DNA from: Eledone cirrhosa
Lineage: Eukaryota
Direction: 5' to 3'
Length of the DNA stretch: 64,000 nucleotides
NCBI GenBank assembly: GCA_964016885.1
Contig: OZ024755.1
Coordinates: forward strand, 14,942,001-15,006,000
In this document: positions 43,938-58,310 of the stretch, in pieces
Layout of the letters: each line of letters begins with the position of its first letter
Position numbering within the stretch: the stretch's first letter is position 1
Made by a program: the position numbers and the translations under genes
Notes under the pieces: generated by a model
What the model was told of the DNA's origin: nothing
Database searches by the model: none
What the model saw: only the letters and a program-made list of their open reading frames with translations

Positions 43938-44391
43938 ATACATCAGGTCAGAAAATCGATTATTTGATAAAAATTTCAATTCATTCAATACAACAATTAT
44001 AAAAATATTCATTCTATATATATTATGTGTGTATATGTGTGTTATGTGTGTGTATTTATATATATGTACGCTCCTCTGGCAGAAAGATGAGGCGATTAAG
44101 TTGAAGAATCGAAGTCACTGCAACATTTCTACACTTCACACACGAGCAATGAATGTTCAGTATTGTAAAGTTTGCAAAAAAAACCTGGCCAATATATACG
44201 GTCACTCGACCTGCTAGAAATACCAACCATCCTCATTGAAATCATATTGTAGAGTTTTACAGAAAAGTGACAAAAAATTGAATAAATTTTCCTGCATAAG
44301 ATTACTTAACGGGATCGTCGTGGTTGGATTGACCGTAGTGGTTTTTAACCATAATATCTGTATACATCGTTGTCTCCCACCTCTCTCTCTC

Positions 44392-44441
<50 letters not shown>

Positions 44442-44773
44442 GTAGATGTTATATATAAGTATACATACGTATCGCTCCCCCCTCTCTTTCTACGTATGTA
44501 TATATATATATATATATGAAGTGTGTAAATAAACACACTATAGAACAATACATGATTTATATGTATATAAATGTGTATATATGTGTGTACGAGTTATTAA
44601 CAGTCTGTGTTGTGTAGTGTTTTGAGGTGAACACAACTGAAGAATTATGCTAACAGTTGATATGGTATAGAAAAAGAAGAGCATACAAATCATGGGGAAT
44701 ATATAGATAGAAGGAAGGAGAGAGAGTGACAAGGAGAAATATAGAGAGAGAGTTTGTGTGAGAGAAATAGATA

Positions 44774-44804
<31 letters not shown>

Positions 44805-45913
44805 TGTGTGTGTAATAGAAAGAGAGGATGAGTGAATAAGGAAAAATTATCTATGTTATTTCTTCCGTAGTCTATATATTATTTCGTTCTCTTTTCCTGT
44901 TTCTCATATAGCACATCCGAACTGACGCCATCTAGTCAAATACACACACACAGACACACACATACACATACATACACACCCAAACACGCACATACATAAA
45001 AAACACGCAGAAACACACACCCACGCACATAGAGACACGAACACACACAGACATATAAACGCATACATACACAAAAGCACACACGCACCGACACAGATAC
45101 ACATACATGCATTCACAAAAACACACACATGCTCAAACACCCCACCACCACCACCACATTGACACCCTATACATACACACAAACACTTGCAAACTATCTC
45201 CTATAACATACAAACACACACACTTGCAAACCTTCTATACTGATAGTATAAATGTGTTTCTGAAATAAATACTAAAACTTTACTCGAAAGCGTGTTTGTG
45301 CGTGTGAGTGTGTGCGTGTGTTAATATTCACCAGTCACAGTGAGTTGTTTGGAATATCCAAGAGAGACGACCATAGAAGCAGATTATAGTGTAAGATAGT
45401 CTACTGCTGTCACACACTTTACAAGTATGAATCATCTATCGAACCGAATATATGAATATGATATAAGCACGGACGTGAGACTGCCAAGTCCTGGGCTGTA
45501 TTCCAACTCGAACAGACACTTGTTAACCGGGTTAACATTTCGAGAGGCAGAGGGTTAAGATCTCTGACATTTGTCAGTGCAATATAATGCTGCAGCATCC
45601 TTCTATAATAAGTGGAATAGTAGAAATATCTGTATCTTGTGACCACTCAGTCGGATTCAGTTTTAGTTTGGCTAAGCGTCATACTAATAAGACTTTGTGT
45701 TTTTGCCTCCCTGTGCATGTGTTGTCATTTCTACAATCATCATATATATATACCTACACACACATATATATATATTCATAAATATATATAAAGATGTAAA
45801 AGATACAGAAGCGAAACCCAATCCAAACCACACAGTGAGTGTGTTTTATTATTATTTCTGACATTATTATAACAACATGACCCATCTCAAGTATAACTAT
45901 ATATATATATAAT

Positions 45914-46063
45914 TGGTTCTACTTTTCCCACATGGCCAGAAATTACCCAGTGCATTACTGGTACTTTATTTTATCGACCCCGTCAGGATGAAAGGCAAAA
46001 TTAACCTCGGCGGGATTTGACCTCAGAATGGCAAAACTCTATGCGTCAAAGCATGTCGTCCGA
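45914..46063 (-). mobile_element. tRNA-derived SINE, same family
   Basis: GGTACTTTATTTTATCGACCCCGTCAGGATGAAAGGCAAAATTAACCTCGGCGGGATTTGA. Confidence 0.8.
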
Positions 46064-47710
46064 CCCTCTACCGATACTGCCAATTAATGATCGCGATTGT
46101 GGTGCAGAGTTGGTGTTAGTATCATTTTGGAGTTGCTGTATCTCCACTGCATCGTTACATATTTATATTGATGAGACTATTTTGTTACTCCTCTACAATA
46201 TATTCCGTGCTATTTCTTCTATCTAATACTTCAGCTCTTGTTCGCCGAGAAATCTAATAAAAAGGGAATGACGCAGACAAAAACGAAACAAAAAAAAAAT
46301 TAGTTATTTTGGACCAGTTGAAACAATTATGGAAAAACACGCACAAAATCAACCACACGTATGTAGCAACATTGACAAGCATGCACAGTAGAAGGTCGAA
46401 ATAGCAATAATAGAGTAAAAACGTTAACCAAGGGCAAGCTTCATATACCCTTGAACAATTATAAAAAATAAAATTCTCCAAGCAGACCATTAAATTATAT
46501 TAATATACTTTAAAATCAAGAAAGGAGTAGAATATCACACAAGTAATCTAAAACTTAAACAAGCCTCACAATAATCTATATGAAATAAAACCTCGTGAGT
46601 AATAAATGGCAATATAACAATAAGAAACTTCCAAATATTGCATATTCAAACTGGTTTAAACTTGAGATCCCTAATTATGTAATCCCGCCGAAAATCCTCA
46701 GAGTTCGGTAATAAATTTGCATCTATTTGCAATAATAACTAGTCAATTATATTAGTCTGAAAATATATACCGTGGCACTGATACATCAGTATTGTTAAGT
46801 TATGTCTGCAGGATGTAAACTACAGCGAAAAACATCTCCTCTTCAAACGAAATCCTTTGTAAGAATGAATTTCTTTACACTGAGTTACAGATGTTTCTGC
46901 ATAATTCTCGCTCTCAAAACAACAGTGAATAGTGATTGAGGCATTGCAAGACTAACCACAACATTATTCATATGAAGCAGTTATCTCGATAAATTCCACA
47001 ATTCAGGTGGTCAAATATTTTGTGTAATATGTTGTGAGCAACGATATATCAAATGTTAGCTGCATATAAGATACATATATAGATTAGTATTTTGTTAAGG
47101 GAACGTAACGGTCATCTAGCGTGTAGAATGTTGTCATTGTCACTGCTTTATGATTGCACAGTTCAGTGAAGTGTAATATTGAACCATGTAAACTTTCATA
47201 AATATATACAAGCCTTTGATATTAAGACAAATATACCAGATAATATCTAATTTGCCATTGTTCCATAGGGTTAGATTTGATGTTTGTGAAGATTTTATAT
47301 TGCATAGAGGTTGTGTGGAATGTTTGGTTTGTAGTCATTAAATATCATGAAAGCTACCCAACTATCGCCTAGGTCTCTATATCTAAAGTAATTGCTAGTT
47401 CTTTGGCCTTTTGGCTTTTGGAGATTGAGTTGACATGCTAGATTCTATGGTACCTGATTGTGAAGGAGTTAGATTAGTAAAATCGTTACGGTATCGGACT
47501 AATGCTCTGTAGAATTTGCTCCGGTTCTGCATATTCTGAGTAGATTATAAATCCACCAAGGTAAACTTTGGATTTCATCATTTTGAGATCAATAAAGTAA
47601 AGTACCAGTGGGGTGGATCTAATCAACTCCACTTATACCAAATCTTGGTCTACTGCCAATTTTAGATATCATTATATATGGCCGTTGCTGGTATTAATAT
47701 TAAAACTTAC

Positions 47711-47920
47711 GGCGGTGGATTGGCAGTATTGGTAGAGGGACGGACACCATGCTTTGCCGCATAGAGGTACCACTCTTTATGGTCTGAGTTCAAATCCCGC
47801 CGAGGTTAACTTTTCCTTTCATCCCTACGGCGTCGATAAAATGTAGTACCAGTCACGCACTGGGGTCGATTTAATCGACTTTCCCCAAAAATTGCTGGCC
47901 TTGTGTCTATATAAGAAACC
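47711..47920 (+). mobile_element. tRNA-derived SINE (octopus-type), near full length
   Basis: A-box-like TGGCAGTATTGG, B-box GAGTTCAAATCC and core TTTCATCC...GTCGATAAAAT..GTACCAG. Many copies occur in the window. Confidence 0.85.
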
Positions 47921-49066
47921 AACATAAAAACTTACTCTTTTCCGAAAGATGAAGATAACATGTTCCATCAGCTTGTTAGCATGGAGGAATTTGTACGTGT
48001 TGAAGTAATAACTGATTTCAGACAGCGGCACATGTGGAGTAGGCCTATCCAATTTCTGTTTCCTCATTAAAGAACAGCATTTCTATCGAAACGAATACTT
48101 CTGTTATTAGGTGATACAGGCCATGTGTATTCTCTTCGTAGACGCTAAGTAGGTTACAATAATTTCATTACTTTAGAGAATCGTTAGCTTTGTGGAGTGT
48201 GTACCATCTCTTTTTGTTCTAAACTCAAATCCTGTCGAAGTCAACAAAGTTATTTATGCTAGCAGAATCGTTAAAATCACTGTAGTTAATTTATCCAATT
48301 AACCACTGTCTAGAAATTTCTGACCTTGTACCTATTTTTAAAAGAATTATTACTAATATTACTACAGGTAGGACATTAACAGAATCATTAGAGCGCTGGT
48401 TTAACAAATAGCATTCAGGTACTCCTGTCGGTGTAATCGAATTTTCCCTCGTTCCAAATCATTGGCTTTGTGCCTAAAATTGAAACCATTATTACTATTC
48501 TTGCAGCTATCCATTACAACTCTAATTTCCGTTATTAGCATGCTGAGTTTAGACATCCCCATTCCATCCTTTCTCTCGGAAATGAAGTTAACAAAAGATA
48601 GGTCAGTTGGAAATATGTAAGCAACGAGAATAATATCCGCAAACTAAACCTTAACAATACAAGTTGATTGAGTCAATCTAATATATGACTGGTATTCGTT
48701 TTATAGACACGGGAAACAAAGACATGTATATATAAAAACGGATGATTTTTGCTGTTAAGAGTTAAGGATTTACATCTGTTTCCTATGCTATCACAAAATG
48801 TGTGAGGCCGAGAGCTCATCCAGCTTTCATAGATGTTAAATGACTGAGTGTAGAAAACGTCCCACTACATTCACTGATGCACATTTTCTGTTAACTGAGT
48901 TGATGCGACAATAGATGAAACGCGTTCCGTAACGGCATGATGTATCAGCTGGTCTGTAAAATGAAACAACGATCTCATGTTCGTTAACCAACCTCTCTAA
49001 CCGCTTCACTACGTGCCTTCATGTGTTAAGAGATGTAACACAACATGAATAAAACCATTGTTAATA

Positions 49067-49423
49067 ATGGTTTCTGATTTAGGCATAAGGCCAGCAATGT
49101 TTTTTGAGCGACGTCGATTAAATCGGGATTTGAGATCAGAAAGTAGAGGGTCGTAACTCTATGCCACTAAGTATACTGTCCGATTCTCTACCGATATTGC
49201 TAATACACTGAATAAGGGTTTCAGATCTAGGCATAAGGCCAACAATGTTTTTTGGAGGATGGGGGGTCGATTAAATCGACCCAAGTGCGTTACTGGTATT
49301 TTATTTTATCGACCCCATAAGGATGAAAGGCAAATCTAACTGCGCCGGGATTTGAAATCAGGGCGTAAAAGGTCGTAACTCTATGCCGCAAAGCATGTTG
49401 CCGATGCTCTACCGATACTGCTA
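49067..49423 (-). mobile_element. Two tandem SINE copies, same family
   Basis: Copies at 49067-49203 (internally deleted) and 49217-49423. Confidence 0.8.
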
Positions 49424-50263
49424 ATATATTGAATAATTATATTAATAATAATTATAATTATATGATAAAACTGATGGTACGAGGATGCTAATTTGATAAA
49501 TTTATACGAAATTAAATTTCTAGAGGGAAGTTGTGGTCAATTGGCTCCGGAACGTGACGGGAATCTATCCACTTTATATGCCTGGAGTGATAAATTGTGA
49601 GGTCAACCTCAACAGGATTTGAACTCAAGATATATAATGTTGTAAACTTCAATTTAATCCCACGCAGAAATATATCTGCCATCTTGCAATGGCATTATGT
49701 TAAAAATAATTACATCAATAGTAATAAAATATATCGCATGTGTAGTGAGTGTTTGTGAAAACCAACAACTGCCACAACCGCCATCGTCGCTGTCCTCATG
49801 TAGCAGCATCAAAATGTATCTATAGTAGAAACAGAATCTCTCATTAAAAAATAATATTGTAGCTCGATGGTATGCTCTCATACAAACATACATACATGCA
49901 TAGACACATATATACATACATACATACATTCATATGTGCATGTGCATACCTATACATACACAATAAATACAAGCATAGAGGAATGAATATATTCATGAAT
50001 AAATATATACATGCATGTATACATACATGAATACATATATACATGCTTGCATACATGCTTGCATACATACATGCTTGCACACATACATATATATACATAC
50101 ATACGCATATGATTACATATATGTTTGCACACATACATATATACATACATATATGAATACATACATACATACATACATACATACATACATACATTCAAAC
50201 ATACATAATTGAATATGTACATACATGATGGACACAAACATGCATACAAACATACATACAAAC

Positions 50264-50296
<33 letters not shown>

Positions 50297-50679
50297 ATAT
50301 GAAAACATACATACATGTTTGCATATATACATGCTCACATACACATATGCATACATACATATATGCATGCATGTATACAGACAGGCAGAGGATAAGCGAG
50401 ATCACCATCTGACACCGTCGTAAAAGACAAATAGGCAGGAGTTACACATTGAGTGATGTGACATTCCTAACCGTTAAAACACATTTTATAAAGGATATTG
50501 AACATTTCAAAATAATATCTTGCAAGGGAATAGTGAAAATGTGAATTATGGCTACAGGAACTGTCAATGTGATCACGAAAACTGCAACAGCATTTAAACA
50601 TGAAAATAAAATATAAAATTTAAATTCTCCCAAGCAAACATTTCACGTGAAACCTTCAAACAATACAATACATATTTCA

Positions 50680-50995
50680 GTGTCGCATGGCTGAATTGCT
50701 AACCGTTTTGCTTTAGAAACGTAAGTGCCCGGGTTCGATCGCACATCATTGTATCTTGGACAGTTATAATAAACTCAGTACGAGTCGAGTACATGGAAAT
50801 TGTTTCAAAGCCCATCGAATGATCTACATACGTAATTTATGTACAAGGACGGCTTTTTCACAAACTGTGTGACCCTGAATGTCCTTAAGAATTACTTGCC
50901 CGTAGAATACTTAGGCACTTATACGTTATCATTTTATGAGCAATCTTTTCTGTCGATCAAATAATTGAGACTCTCATCGTCGAATCCGACGGAGG
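50680..50995 (+). mobile_element. Third degenerate tRNA-derived SINE family
   Basis: Head GCATGGCTGAATTGCTAA...GGTTCGATC and end CCGACGGAG are shared with ~58410-58728 and partly with ~57823-58110. Confidence 0.5.
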
Positions 50996-52508
50996 TCTAT
51001 TCCAACTACACATTGCAAATCAACGATTGATTATATATAAACATATAACCAGATACTGTATTTGAATTAAAGTCTCGTCTTGCTTTACAAAAATAAAGAG
51101 AGAATCAAAGGGAATATAATGATATTTTCACAGCTAAAGACTATTCTCAAACCATTTTCACATAATTAAACCAAGCAAGAGCTGTTCATGTACATCAACA
51201 TTATCACCATTATCAATACACAATTTATACATATTTTGAAACAATTAAATTGCAAATCTTTAACTCATTATAATAAATTTCAAACCAGGTGTGCTGTTTT
51301 AATTAGTATCTAGGATGCTGAGATAGCAATTATACATTGTTGATTATATAAATTATTCAACAACAGTGTGTCGGATGCAAGATACTGCTCATAGAGAACT
51401 ACATCAGCCTATTATAACAAATTTCCAGCTGTAACCAGTTTGAATCGACAAAATACACATACAATCCTTACAATTTTCGAATATATATAAGCATGTATGT
51501 ATTAAAGAATAATAAACCTCGAGAAAAAGCCAATAGCTAAAAAGTGTCTGCCTGATTTATAATTTTGATAACACTGAAATATTTTTAGATTTTTGAAACT
51601 AGTGTTCACAAACTATATTCCGTTTTTAGAGTTCATGAATATTTTATGCAACATCATACGGTCGTGTTGGCTGCAAGTCTATAGCTCTTGTGCTCCCTCC
51701 AGCCATCTCGATCATTCAGTGCCCTTGAAAATCTACAGTGCATGTTGCATCATGACAAATCTGGATGCTGTGGTTCTTTCTTATAAAGTCGACCGATCTT
51801 GGCACGTCCACGAATGCGGTTCCACAACTATACATTGCTGAAAACCTCCTCCATGCTTCTCGACCAAAATCCAGGAAAAGACATCCTTCTTTCCCAGAAT
51901 ATCTGGAAGACATAAGCTACTATGTGTCCATAACGTTATTTCGTGGATTACTGTCATCAGGAGATATTCAAAACCGCCCGGAGCGTCTGTACCATCTAAC
52001 TCCCTTTCAAGTATTACTGTTTGTTATATTGTACACCAAAATTAGTTGCCTATATTAAGAAACATCACCGAAACTAATGATCAAGCGGTTAGCAATTATA
52101 CGAATGAAGGACCAACAACATACACACACACATGTGCACACATCTGATTAACGTCTGCATTCTAAATGAATGCTTATTTTTTATGTGAATTGTAATCACT
52201 TTTAATTAAGCCTTTTAATTCACTGTTCATTCAATGATTAGTCAAAGTCAACATTTCATTTGGAATAAAACATATTTACTCAAACACACTCACATACTTA
52301 CAAACACGCGCACACATACAGACACACAGAGACATAGACGCGCATGTACAAACACGTGCACACATGTTCAGGCACATGAATATCAACGTTGAAATAAGTT
52401 TATAAATAAGATGTTTATCAGTGCAACTGTTTAAGTATTGGACTTATGTATGAGTGTATGTGTATATATGTATGTATGTATGTATGTATATATATATATA
52501 TATATATA

Positions 52509-52966
52509 GTTGTGTATAATGGTACCTATGGTGCTTCCATAGGCGGTATGCCAAAATTAACACTAGATATTCATCAGAGTAGAGTGTAGATATTATAAAG
52601 AAAACGAAAAACCAGTGATCAATCTGGACTTAGTTTATTTCGTGTTACAAATCTTTCGCCGGCATGTAGCTCGAGACATAGTCCTTGTATGGATCTGGCT
52701 GATTCTACTTCTGCGGGTTCTTTCAGATACGGGTGTTTCGTCCGGAGCGAATTTTATCACTGGGGTGTTATCATCAAACATGATGAATTTTTGATAACAC
52801 CCCAGTGATAACATTTGCTCCGGACGATACAGCCGTGTCTGAAAGAACCCGCAGAAGTAGAATCATCCAGATCCATACAAGGACCATGTCTCGAGCTACA
52901 TACCGGCGAAACATTTGTAACACGAAATAAACTAAGTCCAGATGCATCACTGATTTTTCGTTTTCT

Positions 52967-52974
<8 letters not shown>
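52509..52974 (-). mobile_element. TA-embedded fold-back element, family B
   Basis: Tail of ~80 nt (52509-52589) and inverted arms 52590-52773 and 52792-52974, with (TA)n on both sides. Confidence 0.8.
52834..52924 (+). ncRNA. Hammerhead-like fold with variant core and long stem II (family B)
   Basis: Reads CGUGU-CUGAAAGA-[61 nt]-GAAACA(UU)UGUA-ACACG. The homologue at 15713-15729 has a perfectly palindromic stem III, ACAAUUGU. Confidence 0.5.
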
Positions 52975-53006
<32 letters not shown>

Positions 53007-54401
53007 CCTTTGCTTTTGCACACGGTACCAGGCAGATATGTTTCATCTCTCATTCACTCTCATTCGGGAACAATTGTGTGTGGCGCCAGTTTGTGATTTG
53101 AGCTCGAGAATTTAATATTCTTCGAATGAGAAAAGCCTTCTGACGACGATCTCTTTCTCAATGAAAATCCGCTTGGATTATTTGTTTATTTTGGGATCAG
53201 AAACCGCGGTAAAGGCCCATATAGGAAGTACAGTAAAATATTTTGAAATTTATTAAAAAACTTTTTCTCTATTTGCTTGACCTTGATATATATATATATA
53301 TTAACGTATAAATATGTACCTTTGTATTCATCTATGTATGTACATATGTATGCATGCGTTTATGTTTGTATGTATCTATGTATTTGTATGTATGTACATA
53401 TGCATGCATGTATGTTTGTATATATGTATATTTATATGTGCGTTTGCGTGAGTGTGTGCAGTAGCCCACGCTAAAAGAACAGACCAGAAAATGAAACATA
53501 TCAGATCCGCTCTTCCGTTAGCTCATTCGTGCAAAATCTCAGACTTCCAGAAATCTAGCCTTATATATCCTCATGGACCCAGCGGTCACAACTGAATAGA
53601 TATCACACCGGAGAATAGCGAGGAAAGTGCACCCTAAGAGCTAATCCAACTAGCGTGGCTCGTTCTGGTTGTGTTAAATGCCTTTCAGTTAGCAGGAATG
53701 ACGGAAGATATTCAGGACACAAAGACGTCAAATAGTTCCACCGCTGTAGATTCAATGAAACTTCTATCGAAAGACATTCAGTAATTCAATTGTGTAAATT
53801 GTTCCAAATTTATATTTATATTCCACGTTAATTTTCTAGCATATCTATTTATCTTCATATGAATGACCAGTTAAAGTCTTAAAGCAACGATCTACTTTAA
53901 TCATTGAAAATAATTATTGTTTTTATCTTCTTTCTTGGTGTCTAGAAACCTTTTAAACATCAGAAGACGTGATTGAAGCGAACGCAGCATCATTCTAGTC
54001 TAGACGTCGTCAGAAATATGTTTGCGCGTATTTCACAAACCTCTAAGTAAATCAGAATTTTACTAACTTTTAGTAGAATGTGCTAAAGCAGAGATTTGTA
54101 AACAATTCTATACTTTAAAGTAGTAAATGTTGTTACACATGAGTCACTATGGCGCGCAGTTCTTCCGTTTCATAACTTGTCAGAGACTTGTTCGTTAAAG
54201 CAACTGAATACTGGTGTATTTGGCGTCGTGAGCAATTACATTTGAATCACAGCATGTCTCCAACAGCTATGATGTTTGAGGAAATGAAGTAAGTGTATCT
54301 AATGATTAGCAATTCAATCGAATATCAATCATCGCGAGCTAGTAGATTAGATATTCACTTAACTATGCTAGTGTACAACGCCGATAAAATCCACATTAAT
54401 A

Positions 54402-54474
54402 ACTGTTTCTACTTTTGGCACAAGGCAAGCAATTACCCAGTATATTACTGGTACTTTATTTTCTTGACCCCGTA
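54402..54474 (-). mobile_element. SINE 3' fragment, same family
   Basis: Matches the 3' part of the 28772 and 45914 copies. Confidence 0.65.
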
Positions 54475-56812
54475 AAATAACGAAAGCCTACTGCTGGAAT
54501 CTATGCGTGGGTTCTTGTCATACTAGAAATAGTGGCGAAACCTCCCTCAAACTACCCCAACGCCCTTTAAAACTGGAAGAATATAGAGGATAATCTAGTT
54601 TCCATAAAGTCAAGGTAGTCATGATTGGAATGCCGTTGGTCATACTTGCTTTAGTTAAAAACCATTATAGGGCAAAGCACATTGACAACAATATTAACAA
54701 TTTCGCAAAAGTAAAAAAAAAAAGTAGAGATCGTAATTCACCATAGAATAGCATAAATCTGACATATTGTCCATCCTCTACATAGATAAACCCATAGGGA
54801 ATCATTATAGCTCCATATTTTGCAGTTGTTTTCGAATCAACTGCCACACAAGCTATAGTTGACAAACAAGTGATTATTTTACCTCTGTAGAAAATATTTC
54901 ACCGTTTTATCATAATGAATAGAAAAAAAAATAAACAGGTGTAAACATATTTTCTGAATATAACACCATAAATAACCTATTGTTCCCACAGAACTGTAAT
55001 AAAAAGAAGCTCTGCTGTCTGCAAAACAATCGTAAACATATCTTTATTGTACTATGTATTTCAGTAGCTTGCTATTTCATTATAACCTGCGTTACAATCG
55101 ATATTGCCATAGCAGTGTCATCGCAATCCATATCCCCCATGTTCCTTAATAACATATCTTTCTCTAGCCAGGTTGATTTATTTCCAATACAATAAATGCA
55201 ATCTAATTAATAATCAAATGCGAAATAATAAAGAATAAAAAAAAAAGACATCGATATTAATTGAAAATAATGGACAAATGCAAACAAACACGTAATGAGC
55301 ATTCTATTAAATATTAATTTTCTTCCTTGAAATTAAAGCGCGAGTTATTGTTATCAAAACTGCTATTCTGAATACAACTATTATTTTGTATTTCCTTCAA
55401 AATAATTTCATTTTTTTTTTAAATGGAGAAAAAAAGTGTATGAAACACTAACGAAGCAGGAATCAAGTTTCCTTTTTAAATAATTGAAAGGCCTGTTTCG
55501 TTCATTACTTAGTTTCGCCTTTCATTTTTCACGGGGTGATTATTTTATAAACTATGTTAGAACGGAAACGTAAACAGAAGCCATAGAACATGAAATATTT
55601 AAAACTGGATTGCATGATTAAACACCCACCATGCAGCAAGTTAGAATAACGCTGAGGTTTAAATGTAAAAACAAACAAACTAACAAACTGAAATAAAGAT
55701 TAAAAAGAGAAAGCAACATTTCTGATATATTAATGCAGACGTGTAGTCGATCTGATAAATATTAATGATGTGAAACACATCTTATTTAGAATAATATATC
55801 ACATAATGTTTAAGGTAAGGTCTCACTTCTCTGTGTAGTCTCTAGGAAACATTATACTTTATTTATAGTGTGCGATAAATATTGCTGTAAAGATTATGGA
55901 TCATTTCTTTTTTGTCTTTTATTGATCTTTTTTTTTTTGTTTCTTATTCATCTTTCCCCTAATGTATTTTAAGTTGTATGTCATTATGTTAGAAATATAG
56001 CCAAAGATTTATTTATTGATCACTGATACCATAACACCTAATGGAATAGTATGTGTGTCGTCGTAAGGCATGTCTCAGTCATTTTAAACCTGGCAGAGCC
56101 TTTGCCTTTCAAGGTTTACCAATAGCCGAATTCTTTGTAAGATATATATAGGGAGATAGAGATATGGATAGAGAGATAGAGAGAGTAAATCAGTGTTAAT
56201 ACTAGACAGGTACTATATTTGTAGATGCTGCATAGATGAAATAAAAATTTACCCTCGGTTGGTTTTGAACTCGGCGCGTGGAGAGCCACTGAGTTTGCTG
56301 AGTTGCCTTCTCCTAGAAGAATGCCCTGTCAAAGGATAGGGGTCCTTCCATCCCAGTGGTTTAACCGCGCGATCGGGTGTCCATCCCGACTATTTCTATC
56401 TCCCCGCGCATATACACACACATTCACCCATGTATATACACATATACATACATGTGTACATGTGTGTATGTGTATTTATACATTTTGGATGGCCGTTGAC
56501 TCTTATGAGTTCTTCCGCCCGTTGTCAGGTTTTGTTTTTTGTCCTGCAGGGTGTCCCAAATCACCCTCCTCACCAAGTAAACTTGGTGGGGTTGCCGGTT
56601 TAGTCGCCGATGACCCGACCATGCGACAGGTTTTACTGGGTTACATGTTACCAGTAGCACTCAAGAGTAACCCGACATACATACATACATAAATACATAC
56701 ATCACCTACTTACATACATACATACATTATACATACATACATATATCACCTACTAACATACATACATACATACATACATACATACATACATACATACATA
56801 CATACATACATA

Positions 56813-57012
56813 GATCACCTACTAACTAATAAAATGATTCAAGAAAAAACAACAAAGAATCGAAGAAACATGACTGTGGTGTGGCTGGACTATCATAAAG
56901 CATTTGATAGTGTACCTCATGGGTGGATTGTTAAGGCTTTACAGTTAGCCAAATCCCACAACAACTGGTAGCTGCTGTTGAACATCTGACCAAGAACTGG
57001 TACACCAATAAT
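56813..57012 (+). pseudogene. Non-LTR retrotransposon RT fragment (R4/Dong-like)
   Basis: Translates DHLLTNKMIQEKTTKNRRNMTVVWLDYHKAFDSVPHGWIVKALQLAK, then after a frameshift PQQLVAAVEHLTKNWYT. This matches the R4-clade W.DY.KAFDSVPH.WI motif. Confidence 0.85.
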
Positions 57013-57243
57013 ACGGGATGTTTGTTTACAAACACACCGAGCATTATAATAAGTGTTCGGTGAATCCATACGTACATTTATGTGTGCATGTATATATATA
57101 TATATATACATACTACTACACGTCTGTATACATATATGTATGTACGTGTACAAACTTATATTTAATTAACAGCCGTACTAAGAGTGGGAAATTAAATTTC
57201 GTTTCATTTTCTCCGTTTATATATTTATACATTATATATATAT

Positions 57244-57329
<86 letters not shown>

Positions 57330-58122
57330 CACAAAGGGAAGGGGGGTAAGCATGTTTAGTTTCATGACACTAGAGTGTGACACGAGGAAGGATAGGAAGC
57401 AAGTCTATTTGAACCTGAGACATGGTCCTGATTCCAAACGAATAAACACAGTTAAAGGCAAACAAAAGCCTAGTGCTAGTGTTATACCGAACAACGGGAT
57501 ACATTAGAAAATTATGCGCCGAAACAAAAAACAGAACATTCGTCAATCCACTCTCCTGCACGGAAATTTAATTTAATTTAACGCAAAAGGATGAAAAAGA
57601 AAGTTGTTACCAGAGGGACGTGAATCCAGAAAACAATGGACCGGAAGATATTTTGCAAGTATTGTTAACTACGCTTTAAGGACACTGGTGATGTGTTCCT
57701 TTATCAATTAGCCTGTAGGAAAAACCTGTGAAACATATTAAAGAGTGTGCATCAAATTATTTTAAAATTTTACTTTGTAATTCAGTATATGAAATATTTG
57801 TAGGAAAATATGTGGACACAACATAGGCGGATGGTTAAGAATCACCCCTTGCAATCATACGGTTCCGTGGCATCTTGACCAATGTCATTTATCATTGACT
57901 TAGGTTGATCCAAACATTGTAAATGAACCTCAATTGACTGAAACTGTTTGGAAGCTTGTAGGATAAACTATGCTCTTAATATAACAAAGGTTCAACCTTG
58001 TTACAAACAGTGTCTTCTGAATTATTTAGGAATTACATTAGGCGAACGCGTGCTTGTGGAATGCTCCGCTACTTACATGTTAATTTCAGGGGCAGGCTGT
58101 TCTGTTAGCACTATTGGCAAGG

Positions 58123-58310
58123 GCCGGTAGATTGGCAGTATCAGTAAAGGGTGTGACCTTATGCTTTGTAGCATCGAGTTATGGCCCTTCACGCTCTGAG
58201 TTAAAATCCCGCTGAGGCTAACTTTGCCTTTAATCCTTACGGCGTCGATAAAATAAAGCACCAGTATTGCACTGGGATAATTGCTGGCCTTTTACCAAAA
58301 GTAGAAACAA
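58123..58310 (+). mobile_element. tRNA-derived SINE, same family
   Basis: Homologous to 47711-47920. Confidence 0.8.

Noticed and set aside
47711-47800. tRNA gene
   Set aside because: The A and B boxes belong to SINE heads and no cloverleaf can be formed.
52520-52585. Minus-strand CTGATGA in the family B tail
   Set aside because: It is followed by GAAG rather than GAAA, and there is no stem I.
53135-53185. CTGACGA...GAAAATCC-GCTT-GGATTA as a hammerhead
   Set aside because: Stem III forms but stems I and II do not.
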